From assembly GCF_009914755.1 (NCBI RefSeq), contig NC_060948.1: a stretch of DNA of 64,000 nucleotides. The stretch is one strand, 5' to 3'. Positions 61,198 through 64,000 of the stretch are shown piece by piece. A program made the position numbers and the translations under genes. The stretch's first letter is position 1; each line of letters starts with the position of its first letter. Below the pieces are notes generated by a model, which saw nothing but the letters and a program-made list of their open reading frames with translations, ran no database searches and had not been told where the DNA came from. This stretch comes from the human T2T-CHM13v2.0 reference genome, Homo sapiens.

Positions 61198-63585
61198 TGT
61201 CTCAGTGCCAGCGCAGCATGAGTGAGGGTGGCAGAGGGGAGAAAGCATGTCAGGGGAACCTGGAGTCTCTGAAACACAACATGATAGGACTGGTCATTCT
61301 AGAAGGATGTAGACCTAAGTGCACCTCGTGTGTACCTCTGCGTGGATGGAAAGAGGGCCTTAGTTGAGCCCAAACTGTGTCCTGGGTGTTACCAGGCCTC
61401 AAGGCACAGAAAGGAGCCAGAGAAGGATGATAAGGCAACTATCCATTGAGCCTTGTTTCTCACCCATTGACCTTTGCCACTTCTGCCTTTTAGGTGACTT
61501 CAGGTTCTCCAATTCTGAAATATGAATGTTACAGTTCCCTGATGGGCCTTTCTCCCCCAGCCCTGGGATGGCCTGAGATTTCTCACTGCAGGCTCCTCCC
61601 TGATCCTTGATTTCTCCTTGTGTATCCCAGCTCCAGGACCCACAGGCCTCTCAGCCCCAGCCCTGGGCTGCTTACCTGGCCTCCTCTCTGTTCCCTCTCT
61701 CAGGGCCTAACTCCCTCCAGTAGTGCTGTGGGGGGGATTGAGACAGAGGCCCTGAATGATGATCTGGGGGACTGGGGAAAGGCATCCGTGACTTGTCAGG
61801 TCGTGGTCCAAAGCCAATTCCCCAGACGTCAAGGAAAGACCAGAAAGGTCCTTTCCCATGATGCCCCGCAGTGGCCTACACCTCAGCAATCCTGGCTGAC
61901 CCTGAGTAGTCATGGTCAGCCAACCAGCTGAAGAATCTCAGGCTGCATCCTGCATGAAGATGGAGGTTCCTCCTGTATGAGTCTAGAACCATTGTACTAC
62001 AGTAGAGCCAGTCACCCTGTATTCTGGAGCAACAGGAGTCCGGAAGGCTCATGCCAGGCCTAGCATCCCACACTCTACCCCCTCTACCATGCCAGGAGGC
62101 ACTCCTTACTGAGGATGCCAACATGATACTCCTTAATGATCACTTCATTGCATAAATAAAGTTTGTGATGAAAGGAAAACTTCATCCTGCCACTTATACC
62201 CCGGGTAGCTGAGTTCCTCCACCTGCCAGGCCAAGGAGAAGAGTACAGACTCAAAGGGATGATTTCATCTAGCTGGGCTGAGGGCCTGCTGGCTGGGGTG
62301 AAGCATGTGTTTCCGCTTCCCAGCTCTCCTGCTGAGACACCCCTGGAGTCCAGGAGGAACTCAACCTGACCAGGACCCTCGACCCCTCCCCTAGACCCAG
62401 GCTCCCCGGCCTGATCTGCAAATCCATCCTGTAGCTTACTTAGTAGGACTTCCTTATGCTTTCTGAACCCAGACAATATCTGGGTGTGCCCTACAATCTG
62501 TGCCTCTGGTCAAGGAGCCTCCAGATGATTGGGTGGGCATGCCAGAGAACAACCTGAAACTTTGCAAGATCTGGGAGAGTGTTGGGCAGGGCTATCCCCC
62601 TGACCTTTGGCCTGGCACCCTGCACTGGTGGTTCTGTCTCTATCTGGCATGCAGGAATGGTAGAGGGTGTGGTGGTCTCGTGGGCAGGTGGAGAGAGGCC
62701 CAGAAAGCCTCGCCGACAATAAGCTGAGAGCACAAGTAGGCAGGGGATTTTGGTGTGGGGTACTGTGGTGTGAGGCAGCTGTTTCCTCAGAGTTCCTGAG
62801 CTGCATGTGGCCCTTGTGCACTGGGTGCTGGACAGGCTCTGCTGAGGGTGTCCAGGTGTGCTGTCCCCTCTTCTCCTGGTCTCCCTGAGGGGTGGGAGTG
62901 TCCACTTGAGGGAGCTGCTATGGGTAGAAGGGACTGCAGGGCTGTGCCTGGTGCTCCCCATGGGGCTCGTGTGTGTGCAACAGAGGCGTGTGTGCAACAG
63001 AGTTTACATATGCTCAGGGCCTACAGCTCTTTGGGTACAGCGAGGCAGAGGGAAGAAAGCCTGTCTGGGGAGCTGGTGCCTGCCTTGCAGAGGACAGCAG
63101 CCCAGTACACCAGAACCCGAGTCTTAAGCACCTTGTATTTCTGGGGTAAGGCTGCTGGACACAGACATGGGCAGCCAGGGTAGCTTCTATGGTTGGCATG
63201 GGCTTGCAGACATCCCTTCCTTCAAGGACTTTCCCAGAGAAACATGCCCTACAACTTCCTGCTGTGCATGAAGTGTCCTTGGTGCCACTATTCTCCCGTG
63301 TGAGTGCTGAGCTTGGCGCCCAGTCCCTACCACGTGCCCTCAGGACACCCTCAAGCAAGCTGCCCTCCTATCTGCAGGACCCTGGCCTCAGCTCCCTTCG
63401 CTATCCCCCATTCCCTGCCTCCTGGCTGACCCCTTGTGCCCCTTGCTTGGCTCCCCTGCTCCCCACCCCAAGAAGCCAGATGCCCACCCCCTGCTGCCAG
63501 TCATTCTGAATGGGCAGCTGCAAAGATGTGGCTCTGGCCCAGAAGCTGGAGATGCCCTGGCTGATGGCCTCTGTGCCATCCTCAT
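61198..63585 (-). pseudogene. TSPY: Unprocessed TSPY-family pseudogene, copy 2, 5'-truncated
   Basis: Minus-strand exons: end of exon 1 about 63585-63530 (SFWARA); exon 2 62497-62416 (frameshift, donor GT>AT); exon 3 62222-62110; exon 4 62023-61882; exon 5 61763-61676; exon 6 homolog 61268-61250. Inverted paralog of about 50345-52756 including introns. Confidence 0.9.
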
Positions 63586-64000
63586 GGTGATTTATACCAT
63601 GTGTATATCACATGGCTAATGTAGCATTCTCATAAAGGAAACCTTGAAATGTGGCTGCTACTTAGTTTTTATTTTCAACTGTTTCAGTCATTGTTATTTT
63701 TCATATGCTTCATAGGGGCTTTTGAATTTTAAAGAGAATACATAAAAACCAAAAAGAGAAGGACAATGAAATTGTGAGACTACAGTCATAATAATTTCAT
63801 TAATTAATTCAATGGTTTAGAGAGCTAGATTAGATTATATTTCTCCCAAAAGATTCTCGGAGAAATTCTAAGATGACGCACCCACTGTTTGAAATGGCTG
63901 TTAAGGTTGTTGCTTAAGTTAGAGTTAACTCTTTTTAAAGCCTGAAGGTACAGTAATAGTTTCATAAATTACAACACGGAAAATAGGATTTTTAGTGCTA

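Overview
Primate (human-like) Y-chromosome ampliconic DNA, AT-rich and repeat-dense. It contains no intact cellular protein-coding gene. Main content: (i) a full-length young LINE-1 (L1PA2/3-like, 12299-18408, +) with intact ORF1, an antisense ORF0 and a multiply disabled ORF2, nested in an older L1; (ii) a 10-exon unprocessed RBMY pseudogene (about 35720-49130, -) with two SRGY exons that carry the same TGA; (iii) a TSPY pseudogene (49921-52756, +) head-to-head with RBMY across a CpG-rich promoter, and a second, 5'-truncated TSPY pseudogene (61198-63585, -); (iv) about 20 Alus, several ERV1/ERVL/MaLR solo LTRs, MIR, L2 and MER1. The most unusual structure is at 54.3-61.1 kb, a patchwork built from four distant parts of the same window in alternating orientation, including a 4.2/5.0 kb inverted repeat that brackets RBMY and TSPY. 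Other notable signals are U12-type splice sites in TSPY intron 1, a 74-bp inverted copy of the shared promoter inserted into TSPY exon 5, and candidate decayed exons of an unidentified gene at 6-10 kb. I did not find a new protein system. The novelty, if any, is structural and evolutionary. Repeat subfamily names and comparisons with reference proteins are from memory, and identities were estimated by eye.
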